Below are positions 13,012 to 25,079 of a stretch of DNA of 64,000 nt, piece after piece. Below the pieces are notes generated by a model that saw nothing but the letters and a program-made list of their open reading frames with translations, was not told the DNA's origin and searched no databases. Position 1 is the stretch's first letter; every line of letters begins with the position of its first letter. Made by a program: the position numbers and the translations under genes. Source of the stretch: Atractiella rhizophila (taxonomy: Eukaryota); contig MU271426.1 in assembly GCA_021432655.1 (NCBI GenBank), positions 1 to 64,000 on the forward strand, read 5' to 3'.

Positions 13012-13849
13012 CTCATTACTCTATTCATCTCATAAATCGACAGTCACCGGACTAGAGAGGTGGAGGAAGGAGGAATAAGGGAGTAGGGTTGGGACAGAAG
13101 GAGTGGTGATGGAGATTGGTTTGGCTTGATGGGATATGGGGAGGAGAGGAAATCTAGTCCAGTGTAGTTACTTCGATCTTCGCGAAGAGCTTCAAGACCG
13201 TGCCGTAAAGCTCTATAATTGACATCACCATCATCCATCAAGGCGGCCGGGGCACGTCGGGTCCGCTGGGAAAGGGGCTACTGTTTTCGGCACATACCCA
13301 GGATACCATTTCCGCTGGGTGCAAAACTGTCTCTCAGAGATGAGTAAACGTGAATCCTTCTGTCGCAGACATGGCACGAAACAACCATACAACTTAGTTG
13401 GAGAATATGGGCTCACCGACATCATATGTATTTCTATTCCCTCAGCCAAGGCCCCAATGCTAAAATAGCATAACCCTCACTCCCACTTAGAATTCGCTGT
13501 AAATTGCATGAGGGGTAAGCCCCTGGAATCTTGCAGGGCTGGTCTAGTGCTGACCTAGTCACTCAAGGCACTACCACTCAAAACAGTGCATGCTTAGAGC
13601 TGGTTTAGGGCCGATTTTTGGCTCCGCAGCAGTGACGACTCAGTGCTTTTAGTGCCCTGCCAGTGCCTCTTTGGTGCTTTTGTGTAAATCGCATATTTAG
13701 TGCTTTTAGTGTACGGCGAGTGCATTGTAGTGCTGCTTTAGTGCTTGAAAACAGTGCACGTCTAGTGCTATTATAGTCGCGCTCCAGTGATGGCTCAGGT
13801 GCAGGAGAAGTTCTGTGTTATGGATAGAATTGCACTCGTTGTACCCCTA

Positions 13850-16689
13850 ATCGACACTGGCTGCTGCACGTCCAGTGCTAGTCCCTTCTCTCCCGTTTCC
13901 CCAGTGCCCCTGCCTAAATCCTTCCCCAGACCCTCTTCTCCCTAAGACAACTGAAAGCCACACCGTGTTATCTTTGCCTTCGTAGCCGACGTCCCTCTGT
14001 TGTCCCTGCACCGTTACCTGCATCACTCCCTCCGCCACTTCCACTAGCAAGGCCACTTTGGTTGCCCTGGTCCACCTTGAGCAGCCGAATAAGTTCCAGT
14101 ATCCTTTTGTCGACGGAATTGAATTTTGTAATACTAACTCCTACATTGTACTCCTAATCTATGTTGAGAACTTAGCTAGGCAGACAGGGGTGGCTCACTT
14201 GGTTTTGTAGCATTTTCTTCCAATGCTCTGCATTCCAGCGGTTATCTTTTGCCAATTTTTTCGCCTCGACCAGCTACATTATCGCATCCTGCTTATCGAG
14301 CAGAGGTCTAAGTTTCTCTACATCCTCCCGCAGTTTCATAACTTCCTCTGGAGGTAGAGCGCCGGGGTCCTCTTCGCTCTTCTTTGACTTCCCTCTCTTC
14401 TTGCTTGCACCAACCGCATTTGTCTGTCCCCCCTGCCCCAGCTTGAGGGGTGCGGGCCGGATGTCTGATGGCTCGATAGGCCCAGATGGGATGCCATTGC
14501 TATTGGGAGGATACGGGTTGCAAGGGTCCTCGCTGAATGGTGGCGTAGGAACGAGACCATGTTCTTGTAGAGGGGGTGGAGGAAGCTGGTTTTCTGTAGG
14601 AGGGGGAATTGCATTGTCGTGACCCTGTTGCAAGGCGAGAGTGAAGTGGCGGTTTTGTTCCGGAGGAGGTGCGATTTCGAGAATGCAAGGAGAAGTCGGA
14701 GGAAGGCAGTGAGCAGTAGAACGAAATGGAGGTGGTGGAATTAGATGTTCTTCGGCTTCGAGGGTCGAGGTAGTGCCCGCAAGAGGATCTGTACGGTGCT
14801 GTGACTTTTCATGCAACGATTTTGAGTACTCGCCTGGTACCATACTATTCTTGAGAGCTTTGGCTGAACGCACATCCTTACCCAGTGTGAGAATCCTATT
14901 GAACCTCGAAGGTAAGAAGTGACACTCACAAAAATAGCGTTGCTACCACCTCCCTCCAACCAAGCCTCAACCAGACTCTCGGCCAGCCTCCCTATACAGC
15001 TAAAGTCCAGAAGTAATGGCGTCAGATCCATCGAATCCGGATATGCCTCCTTCCATCGCTTGCATAAAAGTTGCGCGACCTTTGCACCCCTCACCACGGC
15101 TTGAAGCAGCTTCCCAATCGCTTCCCGCGAACCCACATTCTCCCATTTCTTCAAGCAGAACAGCGTCTCCTCACCAAGGCTATTGTGGCCAAGCATATTC
15201 CCTTGAGGATTGTTCCGTAGGTCTTCAGAGCTGTACTTATCGTCATCTGCATCAATCGGAAGGTTGATATCGCATTCTGCTGATGTTACGGCAATGAGAA
15301 GGCGTTTTGTCGCTGATTGTGCAAGTGTTTCGGCTTCGACGGTACGAGAATTGGCATGGCAGAGAGGTAGCACACCGTCTTCGATAAATGCAGCCAGCAC
15401 TCTGATGTTGACAAGACAATCATTGTCAACAACCATTGCTTTGAGCTCCCCTGTTGTCATGTTACTTTCGAATAGCGGAGAGTGTCATGGCAAATAAAGT
15501 ACGCACCAATGGAGACCTTAATGCTATCAGGCATGGAGACGGAGCTGTTTTGGTTCTCGAGTAGCTTGTTCTGCCTGGCCCTCTTCTCTCTAAGTGGATC
15601 ATTCGGGAGATTCGCCTGTGTGCAGAGTACTCAGTGTTGACCAATTTAAGAAGCTGAAAAACACACCATTGGTCTGTACCTCTTCCTGCTCATTGTCTTC
15701 TCGACCACTCTTGCTACTGTGCCGATAGAAGCACTGTTTTCTTCAAGCCCTAGTCCTCTTTGGCCCCATTTGTGCCCAAGGAGAGAGAGATGCTCACCAT
15801 GATCCGCATGCAATCTCTCTACCCCATTTCTCCTCTCCTGCAGCGCGACACCTACATCGATACTCGCCTTCCTCTTCATTCCCCTTTTAGCAATCCGGCC
15901 TCCATCCTCGTCGTCCGCTGAATCATCCTCATCGTCGTAATTGTAGGCACTTCCACTCCTATTCCTCAGGACACCGGTAACAAAGATGCACGCCATCCAG
16001 TCAGTCTTTCCAAGACAAAGAACTGAACTGTAGTCCTCCTCGAGTTTGCGCAGGATGTTGGGAAGATAGGTGGTTTTGCAGACACCTGTCTGGTTCTTGA
16101 TCGACTTCGTAGCGTCAAGATAGGTTCTCGTGTAGAGTGTGGCATCGTTTCGGATGACATCGGCGGTTGCATTGGACAACTGTGTTGCTCCGATGACAGT
16201 ATTATCGATTTCGTCGAAGACGAGTTGATGTAGCACCTGGACTGGATCGAGGATATTGTTCTGAGCACCGGTACGTGTTGAGGCCGCTGCTTGTCTGCGT
16301 TCCCAAAAGATCCCAAGGTAATCAGCATCTTCCTTGCTGATAATCGGCCGGTATGGTTTCACTGGCTTTTTGATCCAATCTTCTGCCGAAACCCCAGTGC
16401 CTGTTTCCGTAGTCATCGCTGCCATGCCTCCCATGGGCTGTTTCAACATCGAATCCGCAGGTGGAAGAACCTTTTTGGCTTTGTCAATGTCCAGCCTCAA
16501 TCGATCCACTTCCTCATCCTTCTCCTTGTAAAACTTCTTCCACTTATCTTTGTCCATCTGTTCCCTCTCCAAAGAGCTCTCCAGCTCAAATACCTTCAAC
16601 TCGAGTTGCTGCACGTAAGGATTTGATGAAAGATCGCGCTGAGTAGCAATTTGGACGTGGATAGAAAAGGACGCATCTTCTCGCGACAT
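13850..16689 (-). CDS. Multi-exon accessory gene of the CMC element, unknown function (3' end approximate)
   Basis: Long ORFs 15646-16689, 14741-15460 and 14274-14873 lie in series on the minus strand inside the TIRs. N-terminal coiled coil, acidic/basic NLS-like patch, Pro-rich segment. Confidence 0.6.
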
Positions 16690-16982
16690 ATTCGAGCTGC
16701 TTGTGGGAGAAGACTGAAAATATTAAGAGAAATAAGATAGAGGTATGGGCACGTAGCTGGCGTGGAGGGCTGGATAACAGAAAGCGGTCGTTGTTGTCTA
16801 ATTTTGCCAACGAAATTGCATTGTCTGAACTTAGTGTGCATACCTGCATAAGAACAAGTGACTGTATTAGAATCCTTTCCTTAAATATTCCCAGCACAGA
16901 GACTCACCTCCTCTATGCTCCTAGATGTGATGATATGATCATAACAATATTCTTCGTGAACTTCTGCCTAAGCCATCTTTTG

Positions 16983-19900
16983 ATGAGATCCTGTTCTTCC
17001 AACTCCATCTCACCTTCCCATCAACTTTCTAGTCAAGATGTCGCAAGATCCGCCAGCAACAGAGCTTCTTCATCACAACTTCCTCCCATCCGAGCTCGTG
17101 CCAGAAAGAAGAAAGATGAGCAGGAAGGGCTGCGCGCCGCGACACGTGCGGCTCTACGCGTCGATGCCATCTCGACTTCAGGCATCTCCTTTAAGAACAC
17201 AAGTGCCCGATTCGATCCCATGCGGCCACGAAGTGTTCCGTATGCCTCCAAGGTACATGTCAAGCTCCAACAGCAAAATCAAACACCCCTGGCATCTGAT
17301 TTTCAGCATTATCTGCTCGACACAATCAACTTCTGTCCTCCCGAGAATGAGGTTGATCGAGGATCCAGATCTAGATCCAGTCGAGAGGAAGGCGACATAG
17401 AGATGGGAGATGGTGGAGATTGGTCTGGAGAGCTGAGGGAAGACGACGTAGAGCATCTTGTGGCTGCTCCCGAAGATGAGGAGGAGGCGTACCACAATCC
17501 AAATCCGGACCATGCCGCTCGTCCTGCTGGAGCTGGCAAGCTCACACATGCAACACCACTATCGTAAGTAATCTAACTGCAGAAAGGAGATATGCTGATG
17601 CTGGTACATTGGATTACAGTGAGGTTCGCGATATCCTGATGCCACTCTTCGATGATGGTTCTGATGACCTTCCGAGTCTTCCTCCAACTTATCACGATGA
17701 GATCCCTGTGCTTAGCGACAAACAGCAGCTTACCTTGGACGAATTCCGAGTCTGGCACCGAGGCAATGAGAAGGAAGCAAGCTACGAAGGTCACTATCAG
17801 AATTGGACTTTACGCGATCACGACATGCATACCCTTCCGGAGGCAAAGAAGATGCTTGCTGAACTCAGTGGGCTGGATGGAGAGTGGTTGCCGATGTGTG
17901 GAGCTTCTTGCAGCTCCTACCTCGGGAAGTATGAGGGGTTGGAGCGGTAAGATTGTTGTCGTTGGCGGATGAATTACTTGAAGAGCTCACATAAGTTGCA
18001 GATGCCCTCATTCTCGCAAGATCAACGGACAGGTCGTACCCTGCAATAGGCCACGCTATTCCCTTTCCTTTGGACGCTCTGGGATCCCAGGACACTCATC
18101 GATAGTGAAAAGAAAGACTAAAAAGAGCTTTCTCTTTTGTAACCCGATCCATCGAATCAAGGCAATGTTCCGAGCACCACAAACGGCTGGCATGATGGGA
18201 TATTTCGGGAGGAAGCTGGGAGAGACTCTGGCAAAAACTGAGTATCTTATAGACAAGCTGAAGAGCGGCTATGCATACAACGACTTCCATCATGGTACCA
18301 CAGTCCAGTCCAAGCGCTAGCTGAGGACAACATTGGCTTCATGGAGGTCGAATGAGAATCTGTTTTTATTGCGTCAACGAATGGTGCAGCTATCCACGCT
18401 ACCTACGACTCCAACGTGTGGTTTGTCGTTCTCTCGTTCCTTGGCTTCAACATGCAAGTCAGAGCAAAGCGCCATCATACCTTCTTTACACTAGGCATCC
18501 CCGGTCCCAACAATCCAGTCGACATTCAATCATTCTTCCTCCCGTTCTATAAGGCGATGGCGAAGCTGAGTGGAGGGTTGTGGATGTGGGATGTGGCGTC
18601 TCGGAAGTGGTTTGTTTGGAAGGGATGGCTTATCAACAAGCTGGGTAAGTTATCTCACGCTTTCTTCATAATGTATTAATATTAATACAGGCGATATGCT
18701 CGGTTCTGCAAAGGCCAACGGCTGCACAGGCCATCAAGGAAAGTGTGGCTGCCGCTTTTGCAAGATTATCGGTCAACTCCTAGGTCAGCATTACTACTAT
18801 CCATGTATATCACTTCCCCAAGACGACGGTACTCTCCCCAGCTATCGCCCAGCTGCATATGACCCGCTCAATCTTCCAATTCGCACCACGACTGAGTACA
18901 CCGAAACAGCGAAGGATCTTGCACTCGCAACGACGCAAAGAGCGCGAGCAGAGATAGCGCGAGATAATGGTGTCATTTCCATCACGCCAATTTCTGGATT
19001 CAAGACTTTCCGTGATCCATGGACTTTCTTTGCTGGGGACCTGGCTCACCTCCACTGGAAGAACAACGCTGAGCTCATTTTCGACTCTACCATGGGGATC
19101 AACAAGCAAGAATCACTTCCTGAGCCATGGCACCCAACACAGCAAGTGCGAGAGGAGTTTGGGAACATGGTCGAGCGCTCTAAGGTCGACATTCCCTATG
19201 ACTTCTCTCAAGCAGCTCCTCGGAACACACACCGATTCCGAAACACCCAGTATAAGATGCATGAGTGGTGGGACGTTTTTTGATTGGTTCCTTATTCCCT
19301 GTCTGTTCCTTCTAGGATTCCCGTTCGACATCATACACCTTCTCGACTCGTTTATCTGTGGCTGCCGACTGGCGTGGCAACATGAGATTACCGAACAGGA
19401 TCGCCTGAAGATTCGGGGAACATTTTGGTTCTTTCGTTATTGGCTGGGAGAAGCTATACATCCATGGAGATCGCACCCGTCTTAGTCGTATGCCAATGTG
19501 CATCCACCACCTCTTGCACATTGCCGACTGGATCCTCTGGTGGGGGCCGGGGATCCTCTACTCACAGTTCCCGATGGAGGGAATGATCGGATTCCTCAAG
19601 AAACGAATCAATCAGGACAACAAATACCAAGAGAACCTGCTTAACCAAGCCCTGTTGCTGGAGCAAATGAACATCATGGATATTCTATACCCAGCCCCAA
19701 ATGTGATCCATGGAAACGCTGGCTCTCGATATCGGCGTTTCTCTCCCGCTCACTCACGCAACTCTGTTTATTCCCCTCGCTGGGCATCGATTCCTCTTAC
19801 AAAGCTTGCGAAGCTTCAAGGTACCGAATACAGCATCGAATGGATGCATGAACTTGCTTTGATTCAAGCTCACTGCTTTGCTCGCAGGAAGAATCTCGAG

Positions 19901-20475
19901 GGGTTGGACTTGGAGAAAGTCGTGGCGAAGTGGGAGCATTGGGGACGGTGTGCCTTGGCTAATGGGGATATCATTCGGTCTCGGAAGCTGGAGAGGTCAT
20001 GGAAATTCGATGCACGGAAAGCATGCAGGTATGAGGTAAGTTGCGGGTTAATGTGTCTTGCTATCTCTTCTAATGACGGAAACAGGGCATTGACGACAAA
20101 GGAGATATCTTCTATGGCAAGACAGTGGTCTACATTCGGGTCCCAGAGTCTTTCTTTGACCCAGAAACAGACCCAGCCACTGACAAGCTCTTCGTACTCA
20201 CTCAGCTCTTCACCAAATGCCAAAACCTTTTCAGGAGCGAAATACTTTGCCAATGGAGCAACGAAATCCGACTGGTGCCGCTCGATCAGATGAAGCGCTT
20301 GATCAGGATCTTTCAAGCAGAAGACAGCGAGGGAAGAACCTTCATCTGGATTCTTCACCGTCATCACTCTGATGCACTTATATGCCCAGTCCCTGAGCCG
20401 GAGGCAGACAAGGCTCTTATCGAAGGAGATGCGGATCAGAGTGACGAGATGTATCTCCCAGACCCAGTGTATTAG
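16983..20475 (+). CDS. CMC/EnSpm Tnp2-type transposase (Transposase_21/DUF4218-like), frameshifted
   Basis: Motifs GIPGPNNPVDIQSFFLP, GDMLGSAKANGCTGHQGKCGCRFC, GDLAHLHWKN and HHLLHIADWILWWGP..YSQFPMEGMIGFLK. Short GT-AG introns such as 18645-18690. Start codon approximate. Confidence 0.85.
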
Positions 20476-21169
20476 CATTACAATAACTTGTTTTGGTGAC
20501 TGTTTTATCGCTTCAATGCAGCAGTATTCTTCGTCTAGCAAACTATATTACTTCAGTTTGTCATTTTAATTCCCCAATGCGGATTTCATAATGGTAGATA
20601 TATACAGTCTGACTGAGATTCTGCAAGCTATTCACCAAAATTATGCACAGAGTGCTCGAAGACTCATCCTTCCCTCACTGAATCAACCCTCCATACGGAA
20701 TTCTATCTCTCCACCATTCTTTCCATAGAAGTGGTGCTTCGAGGGGACAGGGAGACCGAGTTGCTACTTTGTCAAGTGTCCCCCTATGTACTTGTCAACA
20801 TTTCAATGGCCCCTCGACAATCCTCGAGCAAATTGACAGCACTGGACGACTCTAGCACACTGAACTAACCGACCACTAAGTACACTAACCCTTCCCTACC
20901 CCAGCACTAACTCAGCCCTGCAAGTTTCCAGGGGGTAAGCCTTGACACATCCCTGGGGCGACCAGTTTGCCCCAGTTAGCAATCTTACGAAATGATTTTC
21001 AAAATGTCGACATAGTTTCATGGGTGAGCAGCATTTCCAGTGTTTGCTCGTGCCATTTCGAAATTTTGCACAGTCCATTCCGACATTTGCTCAAATATGG
21101 CTGGAAAATAGAGTAAAATATCGAAATAGTGAAATGATGAATTCATTTCATTATTTATGTTGTGTTTGC

Positions 21170-21350
21170 GCCACACATGTAGCATGAAGTTATTACAGGT
21201 GCAATCAATTAGTGTGTTCCAGAAGTTTTTTAATAAAGGATCGAGTGCACTCTATCGATGATTCAGCACAGCCACACTATAGTTCAATCAGCTATGGACA
21301 CCTTGTACAACATCTGCTCTGCTCACCTGCAGTACCACACTCACCCGTCA
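21170..21350. repeat. Dispersed ~170 bp repeat module, copy 1 of 3
   Basis: Shares AGTTATT..., GTTCCAGAAGTT and TGCAGTAYCAC blocks with 31935-32103 and 61960-62125. Confidence 0.75.
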
Positions 21351-21570
21351 TGATGCAAGTTGCATCATCCCCTCCTCCCCACCTCACCCGCTTCTTCTCG
21401 ATTCGCCATAGGCCATAAAAGGAAGCCAAGGCCATATTTTTTAAAATGGTGTGAGAATGCGTCTAGTGGAGAATATGCCCTGGTCTGGAAAGGATATCCT
21501 GGAAGTGCTTGTACATGAAGGTTGTTGTGAGGACTTTGTGTCTCTAATGGGTGTGATTGGTGTGCAAGTG

Positions 21571-21735
21571 TGTCAGAGTTTGGCACCGTTTTAAGCTGCA
21601 TTCGTGCCACTGTCATTTGTGGCTCTAGTTTTCTTTCCCCTTTGCTGTTTCTCTCATTTTGCCAAGTTCCTTAATTTATAAAAAGCCCATTATAACTTCA
21701 TTGTAATTCATTCCTTTAGACCCTTGGAATCAACA
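21571..21735. mobile_element. Solo LTR family A (inverted orientation)
   Basis: Reverse complement of 58282-58446; 5-bp TSD AAGTG on both sides. Confidence 0.92.
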
Positions 21736-22899
21736 AAGTGCTGTAGGATTTTGATCCCAGCAAACCTCGTCTGTGCCGGACATTGTTCAGCGCATGCGTG
21801 ACAGATATCATCATTGCATCAAGCAGCTGTCTGAGGCAGCATGGTCTGATAATGCGAAAGCATTTTTTCAAGCTGCGCTTCAGAAGCTCTCAGCTGGACC
21901 GACACCTGGTGATGTCGCTGCCTCTCCACCAGGAGTCAATGATGGTGATCCACTCCCTCCCCTTCCTTATCTGGGAGTGGTGATGCAGAGATGCACGAGG
22001 TCAAAGCATCATCACCTTTAGCACTGCCTTTCGGCTCCTCATGATCAAAATTGCTCGAACATTTTAGACAGCCACCGGGAGGCTTGGTTGAACAAGTTCT
22101 CAGATCAAGACGCCTTACGCTTTATTTGAAAATTATGCACTGCTACAGAGGTTTCTTTGAAAAATGGAAGCAAGAGGGCTGAGAAGCTGGTACAATAGGC
22201 CAGAATGTGTGTCTTTATCCTCATACCGCACTCTAGAAAGAATCCTTGATTGTTATATATCAAGGGTAGCAGTAATATGTTGCAAAATGAGACGAAAGGA
22301 CCCCACCAACCACGTCACCTTGCCTGCCGAAGAAAGGACTCACCATATACACTTCCCTCATGTGCAAACTCACATGGAATAAACACTCAATATGCTTGCT
22401 GTAGTCACCTCCCAACTGCTCCCAACCTGTTTTTGAAGCTTCACTGCGATGCTGGTTGATCGATCGATGTGGCAGAATGCGTTGAGTCGTTATGAATTGC
22501 AATTTCCTTAGCAGCGCTTGCTGGCACCAAGTGTTGGCTGTGACAATACACAAATGTCGTCTTCACACCCTCAGGCACTCACAATAGCAAACAAGTGAGT
22601 GATCTCCATAGTGTCTATAGCTCCCATAGGAACTCCTAGGAAAGGTCTATACGGTAGTGCTAGGATAGATCCTATAGTGCCAGGGAATGTGCTGATGTGG
22701 CTTTGGGTTCTTGAGAATATTTGGCTGATGCTGGGTTCATCATAACTCGTACAGCTTTACGATTTCTGGTGACTGATCTTTGCAAGATTAAGATCTAAGG
22801 CATCGTGCTGGTCTGCTGACAGGAAAGTTGCAAACCACTTAGTGGCCATGGCCACATTGGCCTGGATTGGAGATTAGTGCTACCAGCAATGGGTTAAGG

Positions 22900-24900
22900 G
22901 GGGAAAGCATACACAGTCACAATCCATTGTTGTTCGAAGATGCCTCTTTATTGTCCGTGACAAGACTTGAAGGTCTTCCCCAGTCTCTGATGTTAAGTCA
23001 TTTCTGCTTGTGCTTGGTCAGTATGGTCAAGGCAAAGAAACTATGAGAGCACTGACATTAAGTTCTCTTGAGCAATGAGGCTAGAAACTGCTCCAAAGGA
23101 ATAAGGACAAGATATTCTCAGCCTGGTCTTTATCCCGAATTGTTCCTTCATATGCTGACAAAAAGTCTTCTGCTCGTAGTAGCACCTCTTTCAACTGCAG
23201 CTGTGCCTCATTATAACCACTTGATGGCTTTTCCTCTTTGCCATAACCAATCTCTTCTTAATGGTCAATGCCCATGTCCACACCCCGAAGGTAATCAGTA
23301 ACCGCAGAGTTTGCCAGCTCAGCATGTTCTGAAGAAATGACCATCCCAACTGCTCTAAGAAGGGACTGAGCACCATGGTAAGTCGCTTTGGCACACTTTT
23401 CAAGCTCAAGGTTAGTCGGGTAATGTGTCAGAGCCATAAGCTCAATATCCTTTGAAGTGACATAGTTGTGATCTTAGCCAGCAGCAACGGTGGTAGCCTG
23501 GTCAACGGTCGAGAGAGATCCTGAAAGGCACTCCAGGCTAGCAGAATGCGAAGTTTTGGTACCATCAGCAAGGCATCAACAGCGGAAATGACTTGATGCA
23601 TGTACGTATTCCAGCAAAAGCATGCTTGTTTGTTTGTGTCATCAATCACCATGGAAGGAGGGGATCATCAGGACAATATTGGCAATAAACAAAGATGAGG
23701 GTGACCAACCCATCTGCTTCAATGTTGAAAATGCCATAAGCTTTGTGATAGATAAATTGGCGAGAGGTGGTATAGAAGGTATGGCTTTCGACAAACTGCT
23801 TCCAACCTGCAAGGAAGAAATTTGCTCTCAAAGCCATTTTCACATGCTCAATCAACTGTAACCTTCGATTCTCCCATGCATCTAGCAATTCTCTATGGAC
23901 AAAGTTATACAGACCTAAATCTTCACAGCAAGCTTCTACAAGGTGCTCCAGAAGCAGAGCAGAGAGTACACAGCAGCTGACAGTCATCTTGTTGATCACT
24001 ACCTTCAATGTTGTGATGGAGCAATGGTCCCTGGTTTGTCTCTGAAAGTGTGATGTCATGAAGTTGAGTATAATGGACAGTATAGTCTCTTAACACAAGA
24101 ATATGGGTACTGTTTGTGCTGAGGTTGTGAGCAGTTTTCATGCCATGTTTGCAATCCTGAAGCTTCACAACAGGAGGATGGATCCCTCTGATGTCATGGT
24201 GTGTAGCCTCAAATGTGAGCTCCTTCTGATGCCATAAAAAGAAGGGCGCCGATGTACTATATCGAGCAGATTGGATAGGAAACGTGAAGCAAGTGTTGCG
24301 CCTGGTGCTTGTGTTCCGTTCTGTCCGAGCAGCAGGAAATGATACGTAGACGGTGCTTGGCGATGAACTCAAACGGTTCACTTTGCAGGGTTGCAGAGCA
24401 GTGGCAGGCTTTTTAGATCAGATTAGCAGAAGTGCTTGAAAGATTGGAGGAATCCAGGAGTGGTATATTGAGAAGGTGGAAACGAATCTAGTATATCATA
24501 ACCAGCAATTCAAGTAAACAATAATGAGAGACCTTGGTTGCCAGCTCTCTTCCATCCACCTCTCTCAGCACCTGTTGTAAACTTCCTTGGCTCCTGGCAC
24601 TCGGCATCATTGACTGAGATCTATAATGGACCAGTGTATTTGAGTTTCCGTAAATGTTCTGCTACTGTCTCAAGTTGCACTCTGTAATCCGTGGCTGGAA
24701 ATGATGGTCTTTTGCACTGACAAGTGTGTTGGTGCCTTCATCCCTCAGGCATCATCCCCCCCACCAGGGGCTTCACTGCTTCACCCTCTAGCAGCCACTG
24801 CATGGAGCTCTTGCCTGGGCGACAAGCTCTCTCTTCTTCCCACTCACCATATGGACATGGGTTTTGTTATGAATCCAGGTCTCCATCTGATTGTGAATTT
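22900..24900 (-). pseudogene. P-element-like (fungal P/THAP9-type) transposase relic
   Basis: PVVKLQDCKHGMKTAHN (DxxH), DQQDD, ELLDAWENR..EHVKMALRANFFL, DDPLLPW. Many stops and frameshifts. Confidence 0.6.
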
Positions 24901-25079
24901 CAAAACTTTGCTATACACTATATTTCCGTCCTCTTATTCTATATCCCTTGCACTTGGTGTAAATAAACTTAAAAGATTCTTTGCATTAGAAACTCAAGAA
25001 AGTCCTACATAAAATGGTCTATGTGCAAAGACTGGTGTGTCCAAATACAGTCCCACAGCCTTTGTGGACTGGCCCTGTC

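Larger units (their letters stand above)
13520..20934. mobile_element. Apparently complete CMC/EnSpm (CACTA-like) DNA transposon, ~7.4 kb
   Basis: ~33-bp TIRs CCCCTGGAAWCTTGCAGGGCTG...TAGTGCTG, flanking direct repeat GTAAG, AGTGC/GCACT subterminal repeats at both ends, internal Tnp2-type transposase. Confidence 0.88.

Noticed and set aside
22600..25025. CATAG...CTATG as TIRs of the P-like relic
   Set aside because: The match does not extend beyond five bases and there is no TSD.
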